A stretch of DNA of 64,000 nt from assembly GCF_006345805.1 (NCBI RefSeq), contig NC_042998.1, forward strand, positions 22,878,001 to 22,942,000. The letters are read 5' to 3'. This DNA is from Octopus sinensis. Taxonomy: Eukaryota. Below, piece by piece: positions 63,067-64,000 of this stretch (within the stretch, counting starts at the first letter, position 1; every line of letters starts with the position of its first letter). The position numbers were made by a program, and so were the translations under genes. The notes below the pieces were generated by a model. The model searched no databases. It worked only from the letters and a program-made list of their open reading frames with translations, and was not told the DNA's origin.

Positions 63067-63478
63067 ATTTCTTTAACACCCCAAGGGGCTAAACACAGAG
63101 GGGACAACAAGACCAGACATAGGTATTAAGTCGATTACATCGACGCCAGTGCGTAACTGGTACTTAATTTATCGACCCTGAAAGATGAAAGGCAAAGTCG
63201 ACCCGGCGGAATTTGAATCAGAACGCAGCGGCAGACGAAATACCTATTTCTTTATTACCTACAAGGGGCTAAACATAGAGGGGACAAACAAGGACAGACA
63301 TAGGTATTAAGTCGATTACATCGACCCCTGTGCGCAACTGGTACTTAATTTATCGACCCCGAAAGGATGAAAGGTAAAGTCGACCTCGGCGGAATTTGAA
63401 CTCAGAACGCAGCGGCAGACGAAATACCCCTAAGCGATTCGCCCGGCGTGCTACCGTTTCTGCCAGCTCGCCGCCTTT
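63067..63478 (-). mobile_element. SINE B with tandemly duplicated 3' part, 15-bp TSD
   Basis: TSD agaacttttcaacct at 63052-63066 and 63479-63493 brackets a full unit plus a partial unit. Confidence 0.9.
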
Positions 63479-64000
63479 AGAACTTTTCAACCTACACTCG
63501 TACAAAGCTTGATTTGTGTAATACGGGCTCAGATAGTGATTGTATCTAATGGCATATAAGAAGCACTTCTCTCCACAGAATCACTCCAAGTTTTATATGC
63601 GAGATTGCTTTAAATATTACATGCTTTAATGGGCTAAAGACATTTTTTACTGAATATGCGCTGCTGAAATCAGAGTGCTTCTTTCTACTAAGCTCGTGTC
63701 CTTGTTGCCATCAAACATTGTATTTCGTTGAAGATGTTTAATTATAAAACAGTTATGTCCCTTACATCAACTTGCACAAGAACTAACTACGGCAGCTGAC
63801 AGTATAGGTCTCCTTAATATTGATTAAAGGATAAGAACTAGAATTTTCTTTATCAGAACATTACCTTTTTTCCTCATATATATATATATATATATATGGA
63901 TAGTAAAAATAAACTAGTTAAAGATAGGCCATTATTTAAGAAGGGTTTTTTTTTTTAAATCTTAACGTTTTCAACTGAGAAAATATGTTTATTTAGTGGT

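Larger units (their letters stand above)
61650..63502 (-). mobile_element. Degenerate mariner, 5' two-thirds, with nested CR1 and SINE B insertions
   Basis: TIR tacgagtgtaggttgaaaagttct at 63502; MDMIWLRGVIMYLQKNG..AAEFWRRR|RESLEDGPRS..WVSRLL..KVMSSVFWDAKGIM..TINGENY..LLRQL. Confidence 0.85.

Overview
AT-rich eukaryotic DNA, largely intronic or intergenic in appearance, packed with microsatellites ((TA)n, (TG)n, (AAT)n, (GAT)n, (ACC)n, (GATA)n) and transposable elements. The repeat landscape looks like an octopod cephalopod (Octopus-like); this is recognised from memory, not checked by search. No intact protein-coding gene, rRNA, true tRNA or CRISPR array is supportable. Nearly all long ORFs in the track are microsatellite read-throughs. 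Mobile content: several tRNA-derived SINE families (labelled A, B, D, E here), an (AAT)n-flanked ~550-bp element (F), many RTE-LINE 3' ends (C) plus one RTE copy keeping its C-terminal ORF, CR1 3' ends, four to five mariner relics, hAT-, piggyBac- and palindromic MITEs, and Helitrons (one with Rep coding remnants). There are also three unrelated Penelope-like element (PLE) insertions that share a divergent inverted-pLTR geometry. The most notable signals are (1) at least four different minimal type-I hammerhead ribozyme motifs with palindromic stem III within ~14 kb, plus two variant-core motifs in PLE termini; (2) a ~350-bp-arm fold-back of an RTE 3' UTR; (3) RTE 3'-UTR hairpin units seeding higher-order minisatellites; (4) an element found only inside (AAT)n tracts; and (5) a few minus-strand small-exon candidates of an unidentified host gene.
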